A stretch of 32,000 nt of DNA, from the NCBI RefSeq assembly GCF_022701215.1, contig NZ_CP089976.1, positions 1,140,001-1,172,000 on the forward strand. The letters are read 5' to 3'. The DNA is from Moraxella nasovis (GTDB lineage: Bacteria; Pseudomonadota; Gammaproteobacteria; Pseudomonadales; Moraxellaceae). Both the position numbers and the translations under genes were made by a program. The notes beneath the pieces were generated by a model that was given only the letters and a program-made list of their open reading frames with translations, was not told the origin of the DNA and ran no database searches. This document shows positions 11,746 to 20,601 of this stretch, piece after piece; positions within the stretch are counted from its first letter, which is position 1; each line of letters opens with the position of its first letter.

Positions 11746-12213
11746 TTACAGTTGCATATTTTTAAAGCCACGTTTTTTGTCCATTTGCCAATCTCTATCT
11801 TTTAAGGTGGCACGCTTGTCATGGAGTTTTTTACCTTTTGCTAGTGCGATTTGGCATTTAACTTTGCCGTTTTTCCAGTAGCAGGATAAAGGCACGACCG
11901 CATAGCCTTTTTGGTTGACCAAGCCAAATAGCTTATCAATTTCACGACGATGCAGCAGCAGTTTTCTGGTGCGAATATTATCTGGATTGATGTGAGTTGA
12001 GCTGGTTAATAGTGGCTGAATGTGAGCACCAAATAAAAATGCTTCGCCATTTTTAAAAGTGACGTACGCATCGGTAATCGCCATTTTGCCTGCACGGATA
12101 GACTTAACTTCCCAGCCTTCAAGCGATAAGCCAGCTTCAAAGGTCTCTTCAATAAAGTATTCGTGGCGTGCCTTTTTGTTGGCACAAATTTGATTGTCAG
12201 GTTTTTTAGCCAT
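11746..12213 (-). CDS. smpB: SsrA-binding protein SmpB
   Basis: 155 aa. [29 protein letters not shown]...[11 protein letters not shown] is the canonical SmpB sequence. Confidence 0.96.
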   Translation of the reverse strand: MAKKPDNQICANKKARHEYFIEETFEAGLSLEGWEVKSIRAGKMAITDAYVTFKNGEAFLFGAHIQPLLTSSTHINPDNIRTRKLLLHRREIDKLFGLVNQKGYAVVPLSCYWKNGKVKCQIALAKGKKLHDKRATLKDRDWQMDKKRGFKNMQL

Positions 12214-12328
12214 GTGAATATCCTTTGCTTTTTTGGCTATTATAACAAAAATACCAGACGCTTTTGGGTCTAAAATGAAATTTAAAGAGCTTTTGGGTAA
12301 CTTTCACCATTTACTAACATAAATCTTA

Positions 12329-12358
12329 TTATTTTAATCAAGCTTATTTTAATCAAGC
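12329..12358. repeat. Perfect tandem duplication of a 15 bp unit (TTATTTTAATCAAGC x2)
   Basis: Read directly from the sequence: copies at 12329-12343 and 12344-12358, in the smpB/nfsA divergent intergenic region. Confidence 0.9.
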
Positions 12359-12473
12359 GGCTTTGGTGGGTGTAAGGTGTTTTTACAAGTTTGCTTTTAG
12401 GTGAGATAATTGCTAAGATGAGCAAGTATTTTAATAAATGACTTTACATTCACAAAATTCGTTAGGAAACGTT

Positions 12474-13256
12474 ATGATTGACAGTAAACCAACCTTACAA
12501 ACTTTATTAGATCACCGCTCTATTCGTAAATACACAGGCGAGCCTATTTCAGAGGAGATGCTGACAGCAATATTAGAGGCGGGGCGAGCGGTTTCTACTT
12601 CTAGTTTTTTACAGGCGACCAGCATTGTGCGTGTGGTTGATCCTGCCAAGCGTACAGCATTTCGCCAAATTTCATGTGATATGAATGCCCAAGCCTACGA
12701 GCAAGCCCAGGCAGATGGTAAACGTCTAGGTCATGGCTATGTGGAGAGCTGTGCTGAGTATTTGGTGTTTTGCATGGATGCTAAGCGACATCATCAGTTA
12801 GCTGACGTAAATACTGACTGGACTGAGGTGGCACTGATTGGGGCGATTGATTCAGCATTAATGGCACAAAATGTCTTGGCGGCTGCTGAGAGCTTGGGGC
12901 TTGGCGGTGTGTTCATCGGCAGTCTTCGTAATGACATCGCCCGTGCCAGTGAACTGCTTGAACTGCCAAAGCACGTCGTCCCACTGTTTGGACTATGCCT
13001 AGGACACCCTGACATGAGCTCAAAAATCAATCAGTCTCAGCGTCCACGCTTACCACTAGATGTGCTTGTATCTACTGATACTTACCAAGTAGCAAGCGAT
13101 GCTGCTCTTAATGACTATAACGAGCAGGTGCGTGAATATTATCACGGTCGTGGCATACAGATGGATTGGACAGCTCAGATTGCAGCAACCTTTGGTGGTG
13201 AAGTGCGTCCATTCATGCTTGAGTATCTAAACAAACAAGGCTTTATGAGTCGTTAA
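12474..13256 (+). CDS. nfsA: Oxygen-insensitive NADPH nitroreductase (NfsA family)
   Basis: The motifs HRSIRKYTGEPIS, TSSFLQATSIVRV, AAESLGLGGVFIGSLRN and LPLFGLCLGHP match NfsA blocks. The start at 12474 is preceded by an AGGAA site (12464-12468). The ORF-track start at 12438 has no ribosome-binding site. Confidence 0.85.
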   Translation: MIDSKPTLQTLLDHRSIRKYTGEPISEEMLTAILEAGRAVSTSSFLQATSIVRVVDPAKRTAFRQISCDMNAQAYEQAQADGKRLGHGYVESCAEYLVFCMDAKRHHQLADVNTDWTEVALIGAIDSALMAQNVLAAAESLGLGGVFIGSLRNDIARASELLELPKHVVPLFGLCLGHPDMSSKINQSQRPRLPLDVLVSTDTYQVASDAALNDYNEQVREYYHGRGIQMDWTAQIAATFGGEVRPFMLEYLNKQGFMSR

Positions 13257-13412
13257 TTATTACTATTTATCGCTTAAGCTGTCCATTTGGTGATTGGACG
13301 GCTTGGCAGTAAGTTGGATAATTAAAAATAGGTTTAAAAGCTGCCTAAATTTTGATAGCATAGCGACTTTAGCATAAATTTAGGTCGCCTAAGTTTGCCT
13401 CAATTAACCTAA

Positions 13413-14169
<757 letters not shown>

Positions 14170-14179
14170 ACGCTAGGTA

Positions 14180-14188
14180 TGCTATAAT
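14180..14188 (+). promoter_or_regulatory. Extended -10 promoter element for rnpB
   Basis: TGcTATAAT sits about 5-7 nt upstream of the predicted RNase P RNA 5' end. There is no good -35 element. Confidence 0.5.
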
Positions 14189-14191
14189 AAG

Positions 14192-14530
14192 CACTTGGCA
14201 AGCTAGACGATCGCCGCATATTTATGGGGAGGAAAGTCCGGGCTACATAGGGCAACGTGCTAGCTAACAGCTAGGAGGTGAAAGCCTACGACCAGTGCAA
14301 CAGAGAGCAGACCGCCTGTAAAGGTAAGGGTGAAAGGGTGGGGTAAGAGCCCACCGCATGACTGGCGACAGTTCATGGCATGGTAAACTCCACGTGTAGC
14401 AAGACCAAATAGGAACTCATTTAGGCTGCCCGCCTAGAGTTCGGGTAGGTTGCTTGAGCGTATTGGCAACGATACGCCTAGATGAATGATCGTCCACGAC
14501 AGAACCCGGCTTATCGGCTTGCCAAGCCCT
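14192..14530 (+). ncRNA. rnpB: RNase P RNA, bacterial type A
   Basis: Universal blocks are present: GGAGGAAAGTCCGGGCT, ACGACCAGTGCAACAGAGAGCA, GGTAAGGGTGAAAGGGTG, GGTAAACTCCAC, AGATGAATGA and CACGACAGAACCCGGCTTATCGG. The P1 helix is CTTGGCAAGC (14194-14203) / GCTTGCCAAG (14517-14526). The ends are approximate to within a few nt. Confidence 0.95.
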
Positions 14531-14553
14531 ATTCTTATTTTGTATTCTTGATT

Positions 14554-14601
14554 AAAATAAGGTAAACTTTACTGATATGTAAAGTTTACCTTATTTTTTT
14601 T
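14554..14601 (+). terminator. Intrinsic terminator after rnpB
   Basis: A perfect 18 bp stem, AAAATAAGGTAAACTTTA (14554-14571) / TAAAGTTTACCTTATTTT (14580-14597), with an 8 nt loop and a T run extending to 14601. Confidence 0.75.
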
Positions 14602-14658
14602 AAGTATGATGCCAAAGATAACGATTAAGTGGCATGATACCACTGCATGAGCTAAATT

Positions 14659-15531
14659 ATGACCAAACCTACCTATGCTGTCATTCCCACCGCAGGTTTT
14701 GGCACTCGTATGTTGCCCTTATCTAAAGCTGTGCCAAAAGAGCTGTTACCGCTTGGCGATAAGCCTGCCATACAGTATGTCATTGAAGAAGCGATTGCTT
14801 CAGGGATAAAAAACATCGTCCTTGTTAATCACACCCAAAAAGTAGCGATTGAAAACTATTTTGACATCAACAGCGAACTTGACACTCAGCTTAGAACCAA
14901 AGGCAAAGATAATCTTGCCGATAGCCTAAACTTTTTGCCAAATGATGTGAGTATTGTGAGTGTACGCCAAGGCAAACCGCTCGGCTTAGGTCATGCAGTA
15001 TTGCAAGCTCGCTCGGTGGTGGGTAATCATCATTTTGCTGTTTTGTTGCCTGATGTGGTCCTAAATCCTTATACCACTGATTATCAAAGCCAAAATTTGG
15101 CATTTATGCTTGATGAATTTAGCAAAAATGAGCATTCACAGATTTTGGTGGAGCCTGTGGCAAACAAAGATATTCACAAATATGGCATTGCAAGGCTTGA
15201 TGGCAAAACTAAGACGCTAGAAAAAACCGAACAAAATCAATCCTTTGCGGTAACAGGCTTTGTAGAAAAACCCAAGGCAGATGCTGCTCCTAGTAATTTG
15301 GCGGTGGTGGGGCGTTATGTGTTTAACAACGCTATTTTTGAGTTTTTACAAAATGCCAAGCCAAGTGTGGGTGGTGAAATTCAGCTTACCGATGCCATTG
15401 ATGCCTTGATTAGCACACAAGGGGTAAACGTGGTTACGATGGCAGGCGACAGTTTTGATGCAGGTGATATGACTAGCTATATGCAGGCGTTTATGTATTT
15501 TGCTAAACAAGCATTGGGCAAGACGAAGTAA
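14659..15531 (+). CDS. galU: UTP--glucose-1-phosphate uridylyltransferase
   Basis: 290 aa. AVIPTAGFGTRMLPLSKAVPKELLPL, GLGHAVL, VEKP and VGRYV are GalU signature blocks. Confidence 0.95.
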   Translation: MTKPTYAVIPTAGFGTRMLPLSKAVPKELLPLGDKPAIQYVIEEAIASGIKNIVLVNHTQKVAIENYFDINSELDTQLRTKGKDNLADSLNFLPNDVSIVSVRQGKPLGLGHAVLQARSVVGNHHFAVLLPDVVLNPYTTDYQSQNLAFMLDEFSKNEHSQILVEPVANKDIHKYGIARLDGKTKTLEKTEQNQSFAVTGFVEKPKADAAPSNLAVVGRYVFNNAIFEFLQNAKPSVGGEIQLTDAIDALISTQGVNVVTMAGDSFDAGDMTSYMQAFMYFAKQALGKTK

Positions 15532-15540
15532 GGCGTAAAG

Positions 15541-17193
15541 ATGAAAGGACATTCAGCCTGTCAAAGCACTTGGCAAGCCTTAGAACAACTTGCCAAAAAT
15601 GAGTTGGATTTAAATCAATTATTTACGAGCAATCCTTTGCGTGGCAGTAAGTATGCTGTGCAGGCGTGCGATATTTACATGGACTTTAGCAAACAGGCGA
15701 TAAATGACACGATTTTAGATAAGTTATTGACGCTTGCTGACGATTGTGATTTATCTAATAAAATCAATGAGTTAATCACTGGTAAAAAAGTCAATGACAC
15801 CGAGAATCGCCCAGCTTTGCACACAGCTTTACGCTCGCCCAAAGATGAGCCGTTATTTGTTGATGGCATTGATGTTAATGTTAATGTGCATGACAGTTTG
15901 GATAAAGCACAAACTATCGTCAATCGCATTCGCCAAAAAATCTGGCGCGGCTATACAGGCAAGGCGATTACTGATGTGGTTAACATCGGTGTGGGTGGCT
16001 CTGACCTTGGCCCTTTAATGGCGACTACTGCCCTTGATGAGTGGGCAGATACTGATATTCGGGTGCATTTTGTGTCTAATATGGACGGCACACAGCTTGA
16101 CAGTTTATTAAAAGTATTAAATCGACAAACGACTTTATTTATCATTTCTTCAAAATCTTTTGGCACGATTGATACCTTATCAAACGCCCAAACCGCCTTG
16201 GCGTGGCTACTTGGTCGGGTGGGTAGGGATACGCCGTGGATAAAAGACAGTATTTTACGCCGCCATTTTATTGGCATATCCACACGTCCCGATAAGATGA
16301 ATGAGTGGGGCATTCACAGCGATAATCAGCTTTTGCTGTGGGATTGGGTTGGCGGTCGCTTTAGTATGTGGTCGGTGATTGGACTTGCTATTGCAATAAA
16401 GATTGGCATGGGTCATTTTTATGAGCTGCTTGCAGGCGCAAATCAACTGGATAGGCATTTTGCCACCGCTCCTTTTTGCCAAAATTTGCCTGTGCTTTTG
16501 GGTTTGATTGGTGTATGGAACAGCACGTTTTTAGACATCAACGCCCATACGGTGTTGCCTTATGATGGGCGGTTGTCGTTTTTCCCTAATTATTTAACCC
16601 AGCTTGAGATGGAAAGTAACGGCAAATCGGTGGGGCGTGATGGGCAATCGGTCGCGTACAGCACTTGCCCTGTGCTGTGGGGCGACATCGGTTCAAACGC
16701 TCAGCACGCTTTTTATCAATTGCTTCACCAAGGCACGCAAAGGGTGTCTTGCGATTTTATCACGCCCATTCATCGCTATAATGACAGGCAAACGTCCAAT
16801 GACGAGCTGACCAATCAGCATAAATTGTCACTCTCAAATTGCTTGGCTCAATCTCAAGTGCTGGCGTTTGGCAATGGGGCATTGCCAAGTGAGCTTGTGC
16901 CAAATGATGATCAGTTCTCAAAATTTAAGCAATACCGCGGCAATCAGCCGTCCACCACGCTACTTTTAAAGGATTTAAACCCCAAGACGCTTGGGGCATT
17001 GATTGCTTTGTATGAGCATAAAGTGTATGTGATGAGTGTAATTTGGCACATCAATCCTTTTGACCAATGGGGCGTGGAAGTTGGCAAGGTGATGGCAAAT
17101 CAAGTGTATGATGCACTCACAAATGGTGTGATAAGCACTGGTTTTGACAGCTCAACCAATCAGCTGTTAAACGTGATAAAGGGGGCGGTATGA
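15541..17193 (+). CDS. pgi: Glucose-6-phosphate isomerase
   Basis: 550 aa. The conserved PGI blocks NIGVGGSDLGP, FIISSKSFGT, GGRFSMWS, LEMESNGK and QHAFYQLLHQGT are present. Confidence 0.96.
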   Translation: MKGHSACQSTWQALEQLAKNELDLNQLFTSNPLRGSKYAVQACDIYMDFSKQAINDTILDKLLTLADDCDLSNKINELITGKKVNDTENRPALHTALRSPKDEPLFVDGIDVNVNVHDSLDKAQTIVNRIRQKIWRGYTGKAITDVVNIGVGGSDLGPLMATTALDEWADTDIRVHFVSNMDGTQLDSLLKVLNRQTTLFIISSKSFGTIDTLSNAQTALAWLLGRVGRDTPWIKDSILRRHFIGISTRPDKMNEWGIHSDNQLLLWDWVGGRFSMWSVIGLAIAIKIGMGHFYELLAGANQLDRHFATAPFCQNLPVLLGLIGVWNSTFLDINAHTVLPYDGRLSFFPNYLTQLEMESNGKSVGRDGQSVAYSTCPVLWGDIGSNAQHAFYQLLHQGTQRVSCDFITPIHRYNDRQTSNDELTNQHKLSLSNCLAQSQVLAFGNGALPSELVPNDDQFSKFKQYRGNQPSTTLLLKDLNPKTLGALIALYEHKVYVMSVIWHINPFDQWGVEVGKVMANQVYDALTNGVISTGFDSSTNQLLNVIKGAV

Positions 17194-18461
17194 ATAAAAC
17201 GGACGATGCGATTTATGTTGTTGGTGGTAATCATGAAGCCATGAACGCTTGCATTTTACTTGCCAGTCTTGATAAACAAGTGATGTGTTTTGCCTATGAC
17301 GATGACATTAACCAAACGTTGGCACATTATAAATTTGACAAACAAATGACAGCTCTTTGGGAGATGTATGTGCAAACAGGTAGCATCTGTGCTATGCCAA
17401 TGGATAATGATGTTATTAAAGATATTGCCAATAAACAGCGTGTATGGTTGTTTGTTGATGAAGTCAGTGATCATGATTTGACGATTTTTGTCAAAAAACA
17501 AGACAATTTACACAGCCAAATTATCGTAAGTGGCACAAAGGCAATGGGTGAGATAAACAAGCTTGCCAAACAGCTAAAGACCGCTTGGGTGTACTATTTG
17601 CCGTTTATTTTTATGAAAGATGGGGCAAATTTTAGTGCGTTTTTTGGGGCAGATTTACTTATCATTGGCGAAAAAACGGCAGATAGTGTGCAGGCGTGCA
17701 AGATTTTACTGTTTTTACAAAAAAATGCCAAAACTTGTGAAGTTGCCGACATCAAAACCATTGAATTTGCTCGCACAAGTATTATGGCAATGCTTGCCAC
17801 ACGCTTAAGTTTTATGAATGAAATGGCACGACTTGCCGACAACCAGCACATCAATATCTGTGATATTGAGCGTATTATGGGTAAAGACAGTCGTATCGGT
17901 GGGGCGTATCTGTCGGCAGGTTGGGGCTTTGGCGGTAAGGCACTGCCAACTGAGATTGAGCTGCTATCTAAAACCTTTGCCCAAAACCAAGTTAATACGC
18001 AACTGCTTAGTGCTGTGCGTGCTATTAACAGCGACCAAAAAGAGCTGATTTTTCGCAAGTTTTGGCGATATTTTAACGGTTTTATTGAGCATAAAACGGT
18101 GGTTATTTGGGGGGCAGGCTATCGCATTGGCACATCTCGCACCACCAATTCTGCTATCCATGAGCTGTTAAATTTGTTGTGGTCGTATCAGATTAGCACG
18201 TTTGTTTATGTTAATAACACCGCTTTTGAGTTGTCGAAGCGATATGGTGATGAGCCGTTACTTACGTTAATTGATGAGCCGTATACGCATTTAACACAGG
18301 CAGACGGATTATTTATTGTGAACTGGTCAGGCTTATTACCGCCTGATATTCATGAGCTAAATAAAGTTAATCTTCCAATTTTTGATGCTAAAAATATTTT
18401 GACAGATAGCCAAGTGGCACAGTATAAGGGCGATTATATAGGAATTGGACGACAGTTGTGA
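17190..18461 (+). CDS. UDP-glucose/GDP-mannose dehydrogenase-family protein with degenerate cofactor and catalytic motifs (probable non-catalytic paralog)
   Basis: The three-domain UGD layout is recognisable (LATRLSFMNEMARLAD, DSRIGGAYLSAGWGFGG.ALP, VVIWGAGYRIGTSRTTNSA). However, the GxGxxG fingerprint reads GGNHEA and the GFGG-S/Y-C-x-PKD block reads GFGGKALPTE. The ATG overlaps the pgi stop (ATGA at 17190-17193). Confidence 0.8.
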   Translation: MNKTDDAIYVVGGNHEAMNACILLASLDKQVMCFAYDDDINQTLAHYKFDKQMTALWEMYVQTGSICAMPMDNDVIKDIANKQRVWLFVDEVSDHDLTIFVKKQDNLHSQIIVSGTKAMGEINKLAKQLKTAWVYYLPFIFMKDGANFSAFFGADLLIIGEKTADSVQACKILLFLQKNAKTCEVADIKTIEFARTSIMAMLATRLSFMNEMARLADNQHINICDIERIMGKDSRIGGAYLSAGWGFGGKALPTEIELLSKTFAQNQVNTQLLSAVRAINSDQKELIFRKFWRYFNGFIEHKTVVIWGAGYRIGTSRTTNSAIHELLNLLWSYQISTFVYVNNTAFELSKRYGDEPLLTLIDEPYTHLTQADGLFIVNWSGLLPPDIHELNKVNLPIFDAKNILTDSQVAQYKGDYIGIGRQL

Positions 18462-18518
18462 TTTTTCTTCTATGTAAATCGTAGGGAGTGTCGCTACACT
18501 TTAAAAAAGGATTTAAAA

Positions 18519-19544
18519 ATGAAAAAAATCTTAGTAACGGGCGGGGCAGGCTATATTGGCTCGCACACCTTAATTGAGCTTATCAAAGCAGGGTTTAAAC
18601 CGATTGTTTATGACAATTTATCCAATTCTAGCCCTATTGCCCTAGAGCGAGTGGCAAAGATTGCTTGCCAAAAAATTGACTTTATCAAAGGTGATGTCTT
18701 GGATAAAGCCTTGCTTGCCAAAACCTTTAGTGAGCACAACTTTTTTGCCGTCATTCATTTTGCAGGGCTAAAAGCGGTAGGCGAGAGCGTTGATAAACCT
18801 GTTACATATTACCAAAACAATGTGGCAGGCACGCTTAATTTATTAGAAATTATGCAACAATTTAACGTCAAAAATTTTGTATTTTCATCATCGGCGACCG
18901 TCTATGGTGACCCTGCCGCCTTACCGATTACCGAAGATATGCCACGCTCTACCACCAATCCTTATGGGCAATCTAAACTGATGGTGGAGTATATTTTAGA
19001 AGATTTGGCAAAAGCTGATAAGGATTTTAGCATTATATCTTTACGGTATTTTAATCCGATAGGGGCAGATGTGTCAGGCACGATTGGCGAAGACCCAAGC
19101 GACATTCCCAACAATCTTATGCCGTACATCAGCCAAGTGGCGGTAGGAAAATTACCAAAATTATCAGTATTTGGCGATGATTATGACACCCCTGACGGCA
19201 CAGGCGTGCGAGATTACATTCATGTGGTGGATTTGGCAAAAGGTCATGTATCGGCTTTAGGGTATATTGAACGCCAAAATAATCCGTTTGGCTTTGAGCC
19301 AATCAACTTAGGTACAGGACGTGGCACATCTGTGCTTGAGCTTGTCAGTGCCTTTGTCCGCACCACAGGGCAGGCTGTGCCGTATGTGATTGCCCCACGT
19401 CGAGCAGGAGATATCGCTGCTTGTTATGCCAGTAGTGATAAAGCCAAAGCGTTACTTGGCTGGACGGCAGAGTTTGACATTGGCAGAATGTGCGTAGATA
19501 CTTGGCGTTGGCAAAGTAATAACCCTAACGGATATAAAGCCTAA
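18519..19544 (+). CDS. galE: UDP-glucose 4-epimerase
   Basis: 341 aa. VTGGAGYIGSH (the NAD-binding GxxGxxG), SSSATVYG and YGQSKLMVE (YxxxK) are present, with a conserved GalE C-terminal half. Confidence 0.95.
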   Translation: MKKILVTGGAGYIGSHTLIELIKAGFKPIVYDNLSNSSPIALERVAKIACQKIDFIKGDVLDKALLAKTFSEHNFFAVIHFAGLKAVGESVDKPVTYYQNNVAGTLNLLEIMQQFNVKNFVFSSSATVYGDPAALPITEDMPRSTTNPYGQSKLMVEYILEDLAKADKDFSIISLRYFNPIGADVSGTIGEDPSDIPNNLMPYISQVAVGKLPKLSVFGDDYDTPDGTGVRDYIHVVDLAKGHVSALGYIERQNNPFGFEPINLGTGRGTSVLELVSAFVRTTGQAVPYVIAPRRAGDIAACYASSDKAKALLGWTAEFDIGRMCVDTWRWQSNNPNGYKA

Positions 19545-19562
19545 TTTAAGATATCCAAATTT

Positions 19563-19601
19563 AAACCTCTTGCCAGCCAAACCGATTGACAAGAGGTTTT
19601 T
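19563..19601. terminator. Hairpin terminator shared by the convergent galE and M48 protease genes
   Basis: AAACCTCTTG (19563-19572) pairs with CAAGAGGTTT (19590-19599), followed by a T run on the plus strand. A/T-rich sequence on the other side gives weaker minus-strand function. Confidence 0.6.
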
Positions 19602-19602
19602 G

Positions 19603-20595
19603 TCATTGATACTGCTCAGCTTGCCAAATGCGTTCATCTGTTTTTGGGTGTGTCGATAACATTGACCAGTGTCCATCTTTATCGCCATGTTCTGCCTGCA
19701 TTTTTCTAAAAAAATTAGCAAGATGAATGGATGAGATATTAAGCTTTTTTAGCTCATCAATGGCAAATTTATCCGCTTCCATCTCCGCTTTTTGTGAGTA
19801 GTTAGAAACTGCTAATAAAGTTGGCAGTGCGAGCAACAAATCTGACGTATCACCTGTGATGACGACCACAAGCACACCAACTCCAAGACTGCTAATCGCC
19901 TGCTCTAAGCTGTGACGATGCACAAGATGTCCTTTTTCATGAGCCAGCACGGCTAGGATTTGGCGATCGTCATCGGTAAGCCTAATTAGTTCATCAGTGA
20001 TAATGATGGTGTTATTAGGTATCGCAAGGGCGTTTGCACCAAGCTTGTCACCATTTCGGACGATGATTTTGGCTGTCAGATCGGTGTTTAATTTGTCATA
20101 TAAGGCGATAATCTCGTCTTGACGAGCCTTTGGTAAGGTGCTGGGTTTGGTCATATCCATGACATACTCTTGTGCAGTGTCGCCGACTGCCATCAAGGTA
20201 TCAGCAGGCATTTTTTGGGCGATGTGATGAGCTGCCAGCGGTATGCCAAATTTAAACACGCCAAACACAAACACACACATGATGGCAAGACTGACTCCAA
20301 TCCACGCCCAGCGATTTTCCATTTGCGAGATTTTATTAAATAAGTCGTGATGATTAAGACTTAGCCAGTCGGGTACGTCACCGATAAACTCCACTCTGGC
20401 CCCGTCTGCCATCATCAAGACATGGGGCGAATGACTCACCGATGGCAAGTATTCAAATTCTTTGGCAAAGTAGCGTTTTACGGTACTGCCATAAGTGATG
20501 GTAAAGCCGTCCATCTTATCTTGATAATACACAGGCATGATGGTAGCAGTGTGTGCCTTACTTACTTGCCCATCAAAGTAGCGAATACTTGTCAT
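19603..20595 (-). CDS. M48-family membrane zinc metalloprotease with an N-terminal soluble domain
   Basis: HExxH is present as LAHEKGHLVHRH, with a downstream Glu ligand region EMEADKFA and a C-terminal STHPKTDERI. One TM segment precedes the catalytic domain and two follow it. The first ~95 aa are soluble. Confidence 0.85.
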   Translation of the reverse strand: MTSIRYFDGQVSKAHTATIMPVYYQDKMDGFTITYGSTVKRYFAKEFEYLPSVSHSPHVLMMADGARVEFIGDVPDWLSLNHHDLFNKISQMENRWAWIGVSLAIMCVFVFGVFKFGIPLAAHHIAQKMPADTLMAVGDTAQEYVMDMTKPSTLPKARQDEIIALYDKLNTDLTAKIIVRNGDKLGANALAIPNNTIIITDELIRLTDDDRQILAVLAHEKGHLVHRHSLEQAISSLGVGVLVVVITGDTSDLLLALPTLLAVSNYSQKAEMEADKFAIDELKKLNISSIHLANFFRKMQAEHGDKDGHWSMLSTHPKTDERIWQAEQYQ

Positions 20596-20601
20596 TTATC
20601 A

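Noticed and set aside
11671-12437. Search for tmRNA (ssrA) next to smpB
   Set aside because: Neither flank contains a GGGGCTGA...-type 5' end, a tag-peptide reading frame ending in a resume/stop region, or a tRNA-like TTCGA-containing 3' end. ssrA must lie elsewhere.
12672-12728. About 17 extra residues in NfsA (…ISCDMNAQAYEQAQADGKRL…) relative to E. coli NfsA as I recall it
   Set aside because: It is probably a lineage-specific surface-loop insertion. The comparison relies on a remembered sequence, and there is no repeat or mobile-element signature at the DNA level.
17594-18058. 154 aa minus-strand ORF inside the ugd-like gene. It was considered because the plus-strand gene looks catalytically dead.
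   Set aside because: The plus-strand frame still shows clear UGD-family blocks across this stretch (LATRLSFMNE, DSRIGG..GFGG). The antisense ORF has no ribosome-binding site and no motif, so it is most likely a shadow ORF.
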